A DNA stretch of 64,000 nt from NCBI RefSeq assembly GCF_009914755.1, contig NC_060940.1. One strand, given 5' to 3'. This document shows positions 17,856-34,759 of this stretch, in pieces. The notes beneath the pieces were generated by a model. It worked only from the letters and a program-made list of their open reading frames with translations, was not told the origin of the DNA and searched no databases. The stretch is from the human T2T-CHM13v2.0 reference genome, Homo sapiens. Position numbers and translations under genes: made by a program. How positions within the stretch are numbered: the first letter of the stretch is position 1; the number at the start of each line of letters is the position of its first letter.

Positions 17856-18108
17856 TTCCCAGCACTCAGCCTGGAGCCCCTAGGTCCTGGCTGAGAACAT
17901 GTGTGTCTGTTAGGCATGTGTGCGTGCATGTGTGCATAGGCATGTGTGGGTGCATGGATGCACGGGTGCATATGTGTGCATGGGTGTATCTGTGTTGCTC
18001 TGTGTGTGCATAGGCATGTATGCATGTGTGCATGTGTGTGCATGCATGTGTGTGCATGGATGTATGGGTGCATACGTGTGCACAGGTGTAGATGTGTTGC
18101 CCTGTGCA
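17856..18108 (-). repeat. Arm 2 of the inverted duplication (partner 15365-15575)
   Basis: Reverse complement gives CACACAGAGCAACACAGATACACC...AGCCAGGACCTAGGGGCTCCAGGCTGAGTGCTGGGAA. Confidence 0.8.
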
Positions 18109-18319
18109 TGTGGAAGAGGCTGGAGTGGGGGTGTTGGTCCTCACTGCTTTACTGAAACGTCTTTAGGAGCCCCAGTTGCACTGGGACTTGGCCACACTGC
18201 CAGCCCTCCCCATCCCAGGCAGTCAGCATCCAGACCCCAGGTGGAGCAAGTGACGTGCAAGGTCTTGGTGCCCCATTACTCCACCAGGACAGTACGTTAT
18301 CATCCCACTGTGCAGAGAA

Positions 18320-20200
18320 GCACTGGGGGCTGGAGGGAGGCACTGGGGGCTGGAGGGGGGCACTGGGGGCTGGAGGGGAGCCCTGGGGGCTGGAGGGAAA
18401 GCCCTGGGGGCTGGAGGGGAGCACTGGGGGCTGGAGGGGAAGCTCTGGGGGCTGGAGGGGAGCCCTGGAGGCTGGAGAGGAAGCCCTGGGGGCTGGAGGG
18501 AAAGCCCTGGGGGCTGGAGGGGAGCACTGGGGGCTGGAGGGGAAGCCCTGGGGGCTGGAGGGGAGCCCTGGGGGCTGGAGGGGAAGCCCTGGGGGCTGGA
18601 GGGGAGCCCTGGAGGCTGGAGGGGAGCACTGGGGGCTGGAGGAAGCACTGGGGGCTGGAGGGGAGCACTGGAGGCTGGAGGGGAAGCCCTGGGGGCTGGA
18701 GGGGAGCCCTGGGGGCTGGAGGGGAGCACTGGGGGCTGAAGGGGGAGCCCTGGGGGCTGGAGGGGAGCACTGGGGGCTGGAGGGGAAGCCCTGGGGGCTG
18801 GGGGGAGCACTGGGGGCTGGAGGGGAAGCCCTGGGGGCTGGAGGGGGTCACTGGGGGCCGGAGGGGGGCACTGGGGGCTGGAGGGGAGCACTGAGGGCTG
18901 GAGGGGAGCCCTGGGGGCTGGAAGGGAGTCCTGGGGGCTGAAGGGCAGCACTGGGGCTGCAGAGGAGCATTGGGGGCTGGAGGGAAGCAGTGGGGGTTGG
19001 AGGGGAGCACTGGGGTCTAGAGGGGAGCACTGAGGGTTGGAGGGGAGCACTGAGGGTTGGAGGGGAGCACTGGGGGCTGGCAGGGAGCACTGGGGGCTGG
19101 AGGGGAGCACTGGGGGCTGGAGGGGAGCACTGGGGGTTGGAGGGGAGCATTGGGGGCTGGAGGGGAGCACTGGGGGTTGGAGGGGAGCACTGGAGGGGCT
19201 GGAGGGAAGCACTGGGGGCTGGAGGGGGAGCACTGGGGGTTGGAGGGGAGCACTGGGGGCTGGAGGGGAGCCCTGGAGCTGGAGGGGAAGCCCTGGGGGC
19301 TGGAGGGGAGCCCTGGAGGCTGGAGGGGAAGCCCTGGGGGCTGGAGGGGAGCACTGGGGGCTGGAGGAAGCACTGGGGGCTGGAGGGGAGCACTGAAGGC
19401 TGGAGGGGAAGCCCTGGGGGCTGGAGGGGGAGCCCTGGGGGCTGGAGGGGAGCACTGGGGGTGGGAGGGGAAGCCCTGAGGGCTGGAGGGGGTCACTGGG
19501 GGCTGGAGGGGGGCACTGGAGCTGGAAGGGAAGCCCTGGGGGCTGGAGGGGAGCACTGGGGGCTGGAGGGGAAGCCCTGGGGGCTGGAGGGGAGCACTGG
19601 GGGCTGGAGGAAGCACTGGGGGCTGGAGGGGAGCACTGGAGGCTGGAGGGGAAGCCCTGGGGGCTGGAGGGGAGCCCTGGGGGCTGGAGGGAAGCACTGG
19701 GGGCTGGAGGGGGAGCCCTGGGGGCTGGAGGGGAGCACTGAGGGTGGGAGGGGAAGCCCTGGGGGCTGGAGGGGGTCACTGGGGGCTGGAGGGGAGCACT
19801 GAGGGTTGGAGGGGAGCACTGGGGGCTGGAGGGGAGCACTGAGGGTTGGAGGGGAGCACTGGGGGCTGGAGGGGAGCACTGGGAGTTGGAGGGGAGCACT
19901 GGGGGTTGGAGGGGAGCACTGAGGCCTGGAGGGGGAGCATTGGGGGTTGGAGGGGAGCACTAGGGGCTGGAGGGGGAGCACTGAGAGCTGGAGGGGAGCA
20001 CTGAGGGCTGGAGGCGAAGCACTGGGGACTGGAGGGGAGCACTGGGGGCTGGAGGGAAGCACTGGGGTTTGGAGGGGAGCACTGGGGGCTGGAGGGGAGC
20101 ACTGGGGGCTGCAGGGGAGCACTGGGGGCTGGAGGGGAGCACTGGGGGCTGGAGGGGAGCATTGGGGGCTGGAGGGGAGCATTGAGGGCTGGAGGCCAGG
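18320..20200. repeat. 20-21-bp G-rich minisatellite, about 90 copies
   Basis: Unit CACTGGGGGCTGGAGGGGAG / CCCTGGGGGCTGGAGGGGAAG. Confidence 0.96.
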
Positions 20201-20842
20201 GCTGGAAGGGACTGTTCTCCTCATCCCGTGGGTGAAAGCCAGGGCCTCAGGTTGGGCACACAGGGCCTTCCTCAGGCAGCCACAGCTGAAAAAGTTTCCA
20301 TTTCACAGCCATAGGTGGAACCCCACGTCCCCACCGGGACCCCCCATTCTGTGCACATACACCCTACATGATCCCCACACCCAGTTAACGTCCTTCCTGC
20401 AGACACACAGCTACACATCGGTGTCCACACAAAAGTCCAGACAGACTTGTGGGCCAACAGACACACAGGAGCGGGTGGGGTGGGGAGCAGCGGCTGCGGG
20501 TGGCCCTGGGTGAGGACGTTGCGGCTGGGGAGTCGGGCCTAGGCGGCCAGGTTGGTGGGATGCGTTGCCAAGGAGACCACGAAGGCTCTGCGGAGGCCCC
20601 AGGTGTTGACTGGTGCCTGAAATTGACCACGGCAGACGTACTCCCTTGTCTGGAAGGCCGTTCTGTTACAAGGCCGGAGAGGCAGCCCTTGGGCTCCCAT
20701 GGGCTGCACAGGTGCCTGCAAGGGGGTTCGGGTGGTGGGGTTCAGTCCCCAGTGTCTGGGGGGACTGAGGCCTGCTGGGGCAGTGTGGATGGTGTAGTGT
20801 GAGCCATCCTGCCCAGACCTCGCCCCAGCCACCGCACCTTAC

Positions 20843-20989
20843 CTGACTTGGGCAATGTCACCAGGTGGACGTCGGTGTCCTGGGACTGGAAGTTACGTGC
20901 GTCCTGCCAGGGTTCCTGGGCGCGCATGTTCCCTGGCAAGCAGGTGCAGGTGATGGCCTGGACCACGTCCCTGTCTACTGCGTCCTCTG
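20843..20989 (-). pseudogene. Decayed first coding exon of a cytosolic sulfotransferase (probable SULT5A1 relic)
   Basis: Minus-strand translation LPGNMRAQEPWQDARNFQSQDTDVHLVTLPKS-G ends at a phase-1 CAG|GTAAGG donor; ctgacccacag acceptor; matches the SULT 5'-PSB loop; no ATG at the expected start; syntenic with rodent Sult5a1 (from memory). Confidence 0.75.
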
Positions 20990-21929
20990 CTGTGGGTCAG
21001 TGCCTGCCGGGTGGCGCAGGCAGGGAGTGCAGCCGGAGGGCTCCGTGGGGGGGTCTGTTATCCACACGTGCCCTACCAGAGGCCCAGGCAGGTTCTAGCA
21101 GGTGGACACCAGCTCCGCCATCCCCACCGTTAAATACTAGCAGAGGCCCACATTCAGGTGCCCTCCCAGGACCAGCCTCAGCCCTCGTCAGCCTTGCCTG
21201 CCGCCTTGGCCAGGGAAGGCCTTTCCTCAGCAGGAGAGAGACGGTGCTCTGGGCAAGTACCCGCTGGCCCCGGGGCTGTGGGATTCCGCTGCCAGCACCA
21301 CCCACGGTCCCTGTAGTCTGCTCTTCAGTGGCAAACGGGCGTGGCTGGGATGCGTGGGCCTCCGGTGGGAAGGGCCCTTGGGGAGTACCTGTCTCCCTCC
21401 CAGAAGCCTCAGAGCCACGGTGGGGCGGCCGTGGTAGATTCTGCCACAGTCCTCACCTCCCAGGCAAAAACCTCCATTCAATCTTCACGTAGCAGCTGCT
21501 CGGCCTGGGCTGGTGTGAGGGGGGGCTCCCGCAGGCAGGGGTGGGTCTGGATTCCCAGGCAGCCCCTGCCATCAGTCCTCATCCTGTCTTGCCTTCCCCT
21601 TCCCCTGCCTCCAGGGAGGACGGCAGAACAGCCCAGGTGCCTGAGGTCGAGTCCCCGCACTCACCACCACGTCACCTCCACCGGCCGTGCCAAGAAAGCT
21701 CCTCTCTGGAAACGTCTGTGCCACGAAGCCCAGGAGCAGGTGGTGGCCAAGGCAGGGGCAGGCCAGAGTGGGGAGGGATGGGATTGGACTAACCTGGGTC
21801 AGAAGGCTCCGGGGGGCGGGGAGAGGATCTGGGATGCCTCCAGGGCCGTTCCCCCAGCCCTGGGTGTCAGCTCTGCTCCAGGAGGGGCAGAAAAGAGACC
21901 CATCTGCCAGGATGAGGTGAGAATTATTA

Positions 21930-22845
<916 letters not shown>

Positions 22846-23031
22846 GAGGTGAGAATTATTAAATCTCAAGGGACACCAGGCCTGAAGAATCCTGCACAGA
22901 CAGAACCAATTAGGCCTCATAAGTAACCTCAATGTTGTTTGATTCGTAAACATAATTGAAACTTTACTTGAGCTAGAAGAATAGGACTTAGGCTCAACAC
23001 ATCAGAAGCAGCCAATATACGTACACAGTGG

Positions 23032-23556
23032 TGTTGGGAACAGAGACCCTGAGCCTGGCCTAAACAGGCCTTCAAGAAATGGCCGTAAACAGCATTTCTG
23101 CAGCAATGTGACATGCTCGTGATGGCTGTCACACACACTGCTAAAAGTTGTTGGTTTACTGGAGCAGGGCAAGGAACACCTGGCCCACCCGGAGCGGAAA
23201 ACTGCTCAAACCACAACCGATAGCAGGAGCGGCCTGTGCCTTAACATGTTTTTGCTGCAGATAATCAGCCGGAGCCTGTTTCTCTGTTCCTCACTGAGAA
23301 TTTGTTTCCCATAAGGAATGCTTTTAGCTGATCTATAATCTATACAAGCAATGCTTATCACTGGCTTTCTGTCAATAAACGTGTGGGTCAAGCTCTGTTC
23401 AGGGCTCTCAGCTCTGAAGGCTGTCAGCCCCCGATCCCCATCGGCTCTGAAGGCTGTCAGCCCCCGATCCCCACTTTATACTCTGTCCCCGTGTCTTTGT
23501 CTTAATTCCTCTAGCGCCGCTGGGTTAGGGTCTCCACAGCCGAGCTGGTCTCAGCA
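23032..23556 (+). mobile_element. Solo LTR, MER9-like (HERV-K HML-3)
   Basis: TGTTGGGAAC...GAGCTGGTCTCAGCA termini; 6-bp TSD CAGTGG (23026-31 and 23557-62); internal AATAAA; about 33-bp internal duplication. Confidence 0.85.
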
Positions 23557-23858
23557 CAGTGGCCCTTGACGTTTGCGGGGATGGGTTCCGGGACCCCAGT
23601 AGATCATACAATCCATGGATGCTCAAGTCCCTGATAGAAACTGGTGTCATCTTTGCACGTAACTGTCTCTGTGTGTGTCCCGTCGTCTTCAGCTCGGAGG
23701 TGCTCGTGGTTAGCGGGACGCCCGCACTGCACTTTAGGACGGATGTGCAGCGGATTCCAATTTTGCTTTTTGAAACTTTCTGGAATTTTTTTCCAAAAGT
23801 TTCAGTCTGTGTTGGTTACTCTGCACGTGGGGAACCCACAAACTCAGAAGGTCAGTTG
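23557..23858. mobile_element. MER2/Tigger3-like DNA transposon relic
   Basis: GGTTCCGGGACCCC...AATCCATGGATGCTCAAGTCCCTGATA resembles MER2 (from memory). Confidence 0.6.
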
Positions 23859-24550
23859 GAGCCGCGTGGCCTCCAAGGGAACCGACCAAATGCAGCCACT
23901 GCCACCTTTGCCCACCAAGCGTTGTCTCAGGTCTGCCCCGTCTGTCCCGGCTCCCTCTGGAGTCACTTGGTGCCTCCACGGCCACCTGCTGGTTTGGAGC
24001 TGCCCGAGTCGTTAATTGCTGTTTGCTAAATGAACACTTTAAAAGTTATTGTGCCTCAGTTTACTCATTAACACAATGCGGCCCCTCCTAGGACAATTAA
24101 GCAGAGGAATCCAGAGCCCGGTACATCCAGAGCCAGGCCAAAGTGCAGGCGTTATATTAGCAACGCTTGAGTGTCTTTGATTTCTAAAAGATAACACTGG
24201 TTTCCTGTTAGGAAAATGCTGCTGGCTCAGGGTGGCGTGGGCGCCAGAGGTGGATCCACCTCGTCTGTGTCCTCAGTACAGACGCAGAAGGCTTGCCTCT
24301 GCCATCCTAGAACCATGATTTTTATATAATTTTTAAATGTGTGTGTTCCAAGTGGTGAATCCAGCAACAGCCTCATGTGGAGCAAAGCGATGTGAAGGTT
24401 GTAGCATGGGGCACACAGGGTCTTCTCTATTCGTCCCTCACTAACACCCGGGTCCTGCCTTGTGTGTGTTCCCAGCCACACCTTGTTAGGCGACACCGCG
24501 GACACAAAATGCCTCATTCCCTACAGTGCTGCCTGCAGCCAACATCCTGA

Positions 24551-25420
<870 letters not shown>

Positions 25421-25469
25421 AAAACACAAATGGGAACGTGCTGGGCTTACAGACGTGAGCCACTGTGTC

Positions 25470-26788
<1,319 letters not shown>

Positions 26789-26932
26789 TAGAAGCTTTAT
26801 TGAGACAATTCACACACCATAAAATCCATCCCTTTAGTGTGCACAATTGAATGTTTTTAGAATATTCAGAGTCGCACAGCCATCACTACTATTTAATTCC
26901 AGATTTTTAATTTAAAAATTTTCATTGCCCTC

Positions 26933-27790
<858 letters not shown>

Positions 27791-28302
27791 TTAGCACCCA
27801 CTCCCCACTTTCCTTCACAGCCTCAACAACCATGAATCCACCTTCTGTGTCTATGGAGTCACTTATTCTGGACATTTCATATAAGTGGAATCACACGACA
27901 TGTGGTCTTTTGAGTCTAGCTTCTTTCTTTCTTTTCTGAGACAGGCTCCCACTCTGCGGCCCAGGCTGAAGTGCAATGGCGTGATCGCAGCTCACTGTAA
28001 CCTCAGTCTCCCAGGCTCAGGCGCTCCTCCTGCCTCAGCCTCACAGCAGAGACCACAGGTGCGCACCACCACACCCGACTATCTGGCTTCTGCCACTTAG
28101 CGAAATGTTTCTGAGGTTCTTCATGTTATAGCACGTGTCAGCACGTCACTCTTCTTCATGGCTGAGTAATACTCCACTGCGTGAAGAGACACATTTATCT
28201 GTCCCCGTGTTGGGCATCTGCACTCTTCCCACATTTTGGCTATACTAAATTGTCCTGCTACGAACACCTGTGTAGTTTCTGTGTAAAGGTACAGTACCTA
28301 TA

Positions 28303-28687
28303 TGTTGGGGTGATCAGACCCAACCCCAGGTCGTGGGGGTGACAAAGTCCGGCGGAGTCAAAGGATTCAGAAAAACACAGAGAGAGAAAGGTGGCACACC
28401 AGGGGGCCATCGCTATTGTGGAGGCTGCAAAAGCCCGAGCTCTGGGAGCCCACGGTATTTATTGGTAATGCAACAAAGAAACAGATGGTGAGAATATGGA
28501 GGTCAAAAGACCACGTTGCATTAAGCACATGATTACAGCTGTGCCGGTTTAGCATTTATATGGAGCATGTTCTGCTACTTGAGATAATGGGAATAGGGGC
28601 CTAGGAGGGCTAGAAGGAAGGAGCCAGCAAGTGTAGACACATTCCAAAGGACATCATGCAAGCCCTGCCTCAGTTTCCCTCCCAACA
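28303..28687 (-). mobile_element. Solo LTR, LTR3-like (HERV-K HML-6)
   Basis: Minus strand TGTTGGGAGGGAAACTGAGGCAGGGC...GGTCTGATCACCCCAACA; perfect 6-bp TSD CCTATA. Confidence 0.82.
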
Positions 28688-29099
28688 CCTATATGTCTTG
28701 TTGGTATACATGTTGTATTTTCACAACGAAAATGCATGAGAAAAAGGACACAGATGGCTTATGTGTACTGATGTGTAGCATTCTCTAAGATCTGACATCA
28801 CAGAGCTGGACAGCACAGCTGTGCACGCACCCCCCTGGCTGGGAGGTGGCACATCCACACATGAGGGAAAAACACTGCCAGGACATCTCAGGGCACTCTC
28901 AGGAAATGAGGAAGCTGCTGGAGAAGTTTCTAGCCTTGGGGGAGGTCAGGACGCAGAGCCATCTCCTGGAGCAAAGTTCCCTCCTCCTCTCTCCCTCCTC
29001 CTCTCTCCCTCCTCCAGCCCTTCCTTCCGACCCCTGGCCCTTTCTCTCCAACCTTCCCCTCCCCTCCTCCATTTCCCTCCTCTTTCTACTTTCAGAGAA

Positions 29100-29259
29100 C
29101 ACAGGGTTCCTGCAGGAAATGGGGCAGTTTCACCTTCCTGAGGAGGGGCCTGGGAGGGGCAGCAGGTGGCCGGGTAGGGCCAGCCCAGCTGTGAGCCTGG
29201 CGTGGGAGCTGCCTAGGCCGGGCCCTGCCAGGGAGCAAGTCTGCATCGCAGAGGCCAGG
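29100..29259 (+). other. DPEP1: Candidate distal non-coding first exon of DPEP1 (TSS not determinable)
   Basis: Consensus donor AGG|GTGAGT at 29259/29260; position fits the upstream DPEP1 start as I recall it. Confidence 0.45.
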
Positions 29260-29344
29260 GTGAGTGGGCTGGGGAGTCGGTGCGCCAGGGTACTGGGGTG
29301 CCCACCTGGGGTGGTGCAGGCCCGGGGACCCCAGGGCACCACTG

Positions 29345-29680
29345 TGGGTGGAAGCTGGGACCAGGCGTGCGGGGCAGGGGACGCGGCGGCTTCCTGGGAT
29401 TCTAGGAGGCTGAGGCCAGGTGTGTGCGGCAGGGGACGGGGCGGCTTCCTGGGATTCTAGGAGGCTGGGACCAGGTGTGTGGGGCAGGGGACGAGGCAGC
29501 TTCCTGGGATTCTAGGAGGCTGGCACCAGGTGTGTGGGGCAGGGGACGCGGCTGCTTCCTGGGATTCTAGGAAACTGGGGCCAGGTGTGTGGGGCAGGGG
29601 ACGCGGCTGCTTCCTGGGATTCTAGGAAACTGGGGCCAGGTGTGTGGGGCAGGGGACGCGGCGGCTTCCTGGGACTCAAG
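29345..29680. repeat. 55-bp minisatellite, 6 copies
   Basis: TTCCTGGGA at 29391, 29446, 29501, 29556, 29611, 29666. Confidence 0.93.
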
Positions 29681-30052
29681 GAGGTGGGAGAGCTGCTCTC
29701 AGACCCGCCGCTGTCCTCCCACTGGCCCTCCCCGTGGTCCCTAGGATGAGGTCTGGACCCGCCAGGCCCTCCAGAGGCCCCACAACCCCGCTTGTCCACT
29801 GTGCCGGCTGTTCCTTCCTTGTGGCGCCCAGTGCGGTCCTAGGCACCCTTGGGACTCAGCTCACGTACCCCTTCCTCCAGGAAGAGTTCTCAGAGGCTGT
29901 GTGAGGAGCGCCGAGTCCCCGGACTTACTCTCTGTTCTGGAATTCTCTGCGCAGTCATCTGCCTTCCCGCCCAGCTAAGAGCAGGGCCTGTTGTCCGGCT
30001 CCACAATTTCCTTCCAGGTGGAAAGGATTTGCTGAATGAAAATCAAAGCTGT

Positions 30053-30507
<455 letters not shown>

Positions 30508-32265
30508 CTATTTTCATGGTGAGGGTCTAGTAGCCTCCACATCTCTTGGCGAATTCTTGCTGATTGGCGTCTGACCCCATGGAGAAGCTCAGTGGGTGTC
30601 ATGGGTGGAAGGGGGCATCTAGGGCCTCCAAACGTGGAAGTGTCTCTAAAATACCTCCCGCTGGGCCTCAGTCTCCTTGTCGACAAAAGGTCAGCTTTGA
30701 CAAATCTCCAGTCGGAGGCCAGGAGCAGACGGGGAGGGTCCCTCAGTCCCTGCTTGCAGCTTCAGGGGGACGTAGGCTGCGGTGGACGGACACTGAGCCC
30801 CAAAGCGGCCTCTCAGAGCCGCCCCTGAGGGGTGGCCTCACAGGTGGGGCTGAGGCTCCCAGCTCCCACTGGGGACAGAGCGGGCAGGCGGGCCTGGCAG
30901 GGCAGTGGTGCTGGTCTACACGCAGCTCTGGAGTCTCTGGACCTGTGTCCTGTGCGTACATCCTGGCTCCATCTCCCATGAGCCAGGGGGCTGGACCTGT
31001 CTTCTCTACCTCAGTTTCCAAGACTAGGAGACAGGGGTAACAGCAGCCTTGCTCTCAGGGGTGAGGGCGTGGGTTAAAGGGCAGGACACCCATGGAAGCA
31101 GTGGTGGCTCCGAGCACCTGCTCAGCCTTCCCAGGTCTTCAGAGCCCACAGGCAGAGCCCACCCTGAGGGAGGAGCAGCTGGTTCTTGGGTGAAGTGAGC
31201 CCCCAGGACCCCGCCTTGCAGGACCCCGCGAGGCCCCGGTGAACTGGAGCCGGGAAGCGGCCCCACGGAGGCACGTTGGGATTTGGCCACCAGAGGGCAG
31301 CAGCTGCAGCAGCCAGGCAGGCGGTCAACACGGGGGCCCCGGGGTCCTGGCCGGCCGGTGGGGTGTGAATTGGAGAGGAGTGGGCTGTGTGGAGGGAGAC
31401 CAAGCACCAAGGCCCGCCCTGGCCTCTGAGTGTCCACCCCTTTCACAGGCCCATTTCACAGATACTGAGGCCCAAAGGCGCAGGGCTCAGGCGTCCCCTA
31501 CGTGTCGTGTCCCCAGGCAGGAGAATTACTTGAACCTGGGAGGCAGAGGTTTCAGTGAGCTGAGATCACACCACTGCACTCCAGCCTGGGTGACAGAGCA
31601 AGACTTCATCTCAAAAAAAAAACACAAAAAGTGAATTTAAAATGCTCCCTGAACTCCAGCTGGGGTGCGCAGCAGGAGGCTGGGTCCGTGGGGCTTCGGG
31701 GGCTGGGCTGGGGGTTCAGGTGGGTGGGGGAGTCAGTGCTGTGGGGATAGGGCTCAGAGCCCAGAAACAGACAAGCCCACACAGGTAGCCAGTGTCGACG
31801 AAACAGGAGAGGCTGGGACCTGTGCCCTGGAAGGACACAGCCAGCGGGTCCTGGGTCACCCACTCCGGGGCTGACCGGGCACAGTTTCACAGAGCAGTAT
31901 GGCCCAGCCAGCTGTGAGAGGATCGGACAGACGGGCGGAAAGGAGGGGAGACAGCGGGTGTGCTCGGGGCTTTGCCGGGAGGGGTCCTTGGATGGAGGAG
32001 GGGGTCGCCAGGAGGCATCTGCATCCCCGGGGTGGTGAAGACCCAGCGTGTATGGCCGACCTCGAGGACAGGGCGATTGCTCCACCAGAATGTTCCCAGA
32101 TGGCACAGATGCTTCTGGTTCCGGCACTGGGACCTGCAGCAGGATTCCCGGGTGGCTTAAAGAGGTTCCTTGAAGTTTGTGATCAGGAATTCAAAGTAGC
32201 GCAGATCGGGACGGCTGGGCCTTCTCCCCTCAGCACACTCCGCGAAGGGCAGTGCAAACGCACGC

Positions 32266-32468
32266 TGGCAGGAAGTGGCTGGGAAGCAGGCAGAGAGCGA
32301 CCAGGAAGCGGCCAGGAAGCAGGCAGGAAGTGGGCAGGAAGCAGGCAGAAAGCGGCCAGGAAGTGGCCAGGAAGCGGACAGGAAGTGGCCAGGAAGCAGG
32401 CAGGAAGTGGGCAGGAAGCGGCCGGGAAGCAGGCAGAGAGCGGCCAGGAAGCGGGTAGGAAGCGGGCA
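32266..32468. repeat. 11-bp minisatellite, 18 units, 15 with GGAAG
   Basis: GGAA on an exact 11-bp grid from 32271 to 32458. Confidence 0.9.
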
Positions 32469-33105
32469 GGTTTTACCGAGCGGCGTGACGGCTCCAGAGG
32501 GGATGATGGAGTCTGGCAGAGAATGGGGCGGGAGGCTGGAGGTCCTGGGCAGGCCCTGGAGCAGAAGGGGAAGGGAGGGGTGGGGTGATGGGACTGCAGT
32601 GAAGGTCTGGCCCCACCCGAGCAAGGTGAGGGTAGCACAGGTCATTACATGTCAGGGAATTGCTTGGCCAGGGTTGGGGACAATTCTCTCTTATTAGAAT
32701 TGCCAGGAATCAAGACAGGGTGGAGCTAGAACAAGGGAGAGGGAGTGGCAGAGAGATGGGGTGCTTGGGGCTCTCATGTGACGCCCTGAGGACACTGCAT
32801 GAAGACTCACGGCTGAGCTGGGTGGAGGTGGGAGAGGTAGGCAGGCACCAAGGCCCAGGGCCCTGAGAGGTGAGGGGAAAAGCGCTCCTGCCTCACGAGG
32901 CCACAGGAGCTCCCTCAGCACGGTGCCTGCATGGAAGAATTGCTCAGCTAACATGAGCTCTGAGGCTTGTGCACATGTTACAGAGAATGAGGTGGAAGCA
33001 TCCACGCCAGGAGGTCTCCAGGCCATCTGGTCAACAGAAAGCCAACAACATGCAAAGGACAGGAGCCCACACCTGTGCCGGTCTGTGCCAGAAATGCTGG
33101 AAGGC

Positions 33106-33900
<795 letters not shown>

Positions 33901-34044
33901 TCATCATTCTAAGTCAAGAAAAATTAAAATTTTAAATTATTAGCATGTATTTACCATTCATCTTCATATTGTGTAATACTTGGCTTAAATGCAAATAGAA
34001 TAGGATTTAACTCATGCAGAATCAACAAAATTGTACAATTCACA

Positions 34045-34590
34045 TTTTTATTTTAATTAATTTATTAGTTTGTTTATCCATCTTGACAAGGTCTTGCTCT
34101 GTCACCCGGGCTGGAGTGCAGTGGTAGGATCACGGCTCACTGTAGCTTAAACCTCCTGGACTCAAGCCATCTTCCTGCCTCGGTCTGCTATGTAGCCAAG
34201 ACCACAAGTGTGTGCCACCACGCTTGGCTAATTTTTATATTTTTTGTAGAGATGGGGGTCTCCCTATGTTTCCCAGGCTGGTCTCAAACTCCTGGCCTCA
34301 AGCGATCCTCCCGCCTTGGCCACCCAAAGTGCTGGGATCACAGGCATAAACCACCAGGTCTGGCCTACATTATTTATTTATGCATTTACTTTTGAGACAG
34401 GGTCTCACTATGTTGCCCAGGTGGGAGTGCAGCCTCAAGCTCCGAGGCTCAACAACCTTCCCACCTCAGCTTCCCAAGTAACTGTGACTGCAGGCACACA
34501 CCAGCCTGGCTAGTTTCTTTATGTCTGTAGAGACGAGGTCTCCTTGTGTTGCCCCGGCTGGTCTCAGACTCCTGAGCTTAAGTGATTGCT
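34045..34590 (-). mobile_element. Two old (AluJ-like) antisense Alus
   Basis: Diverged Alu motifs. Confidence 0.8.
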
Positions 34591-34759
34591 GCACTGTTCC
34601 CCGGGCAAAGTTGCACAATTCGCATTTTGTAACTTATAGATTAATATTTATTTTATTTTCACCAGAACGGTAGGAACCCTGCACAAAACTGGTTTTATTT
34701 TGCTCTTTACGTACGCACATCCCACCAGCACCCTCTACCTTTGGCTTCCGGAGGGTTGC

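Noticed and set aside
18223-20224. Pro/Ser and Gly/Trp ORFs up to 558 aa
   Set aside because: Artefact of the 20-21-bp minisatellite.
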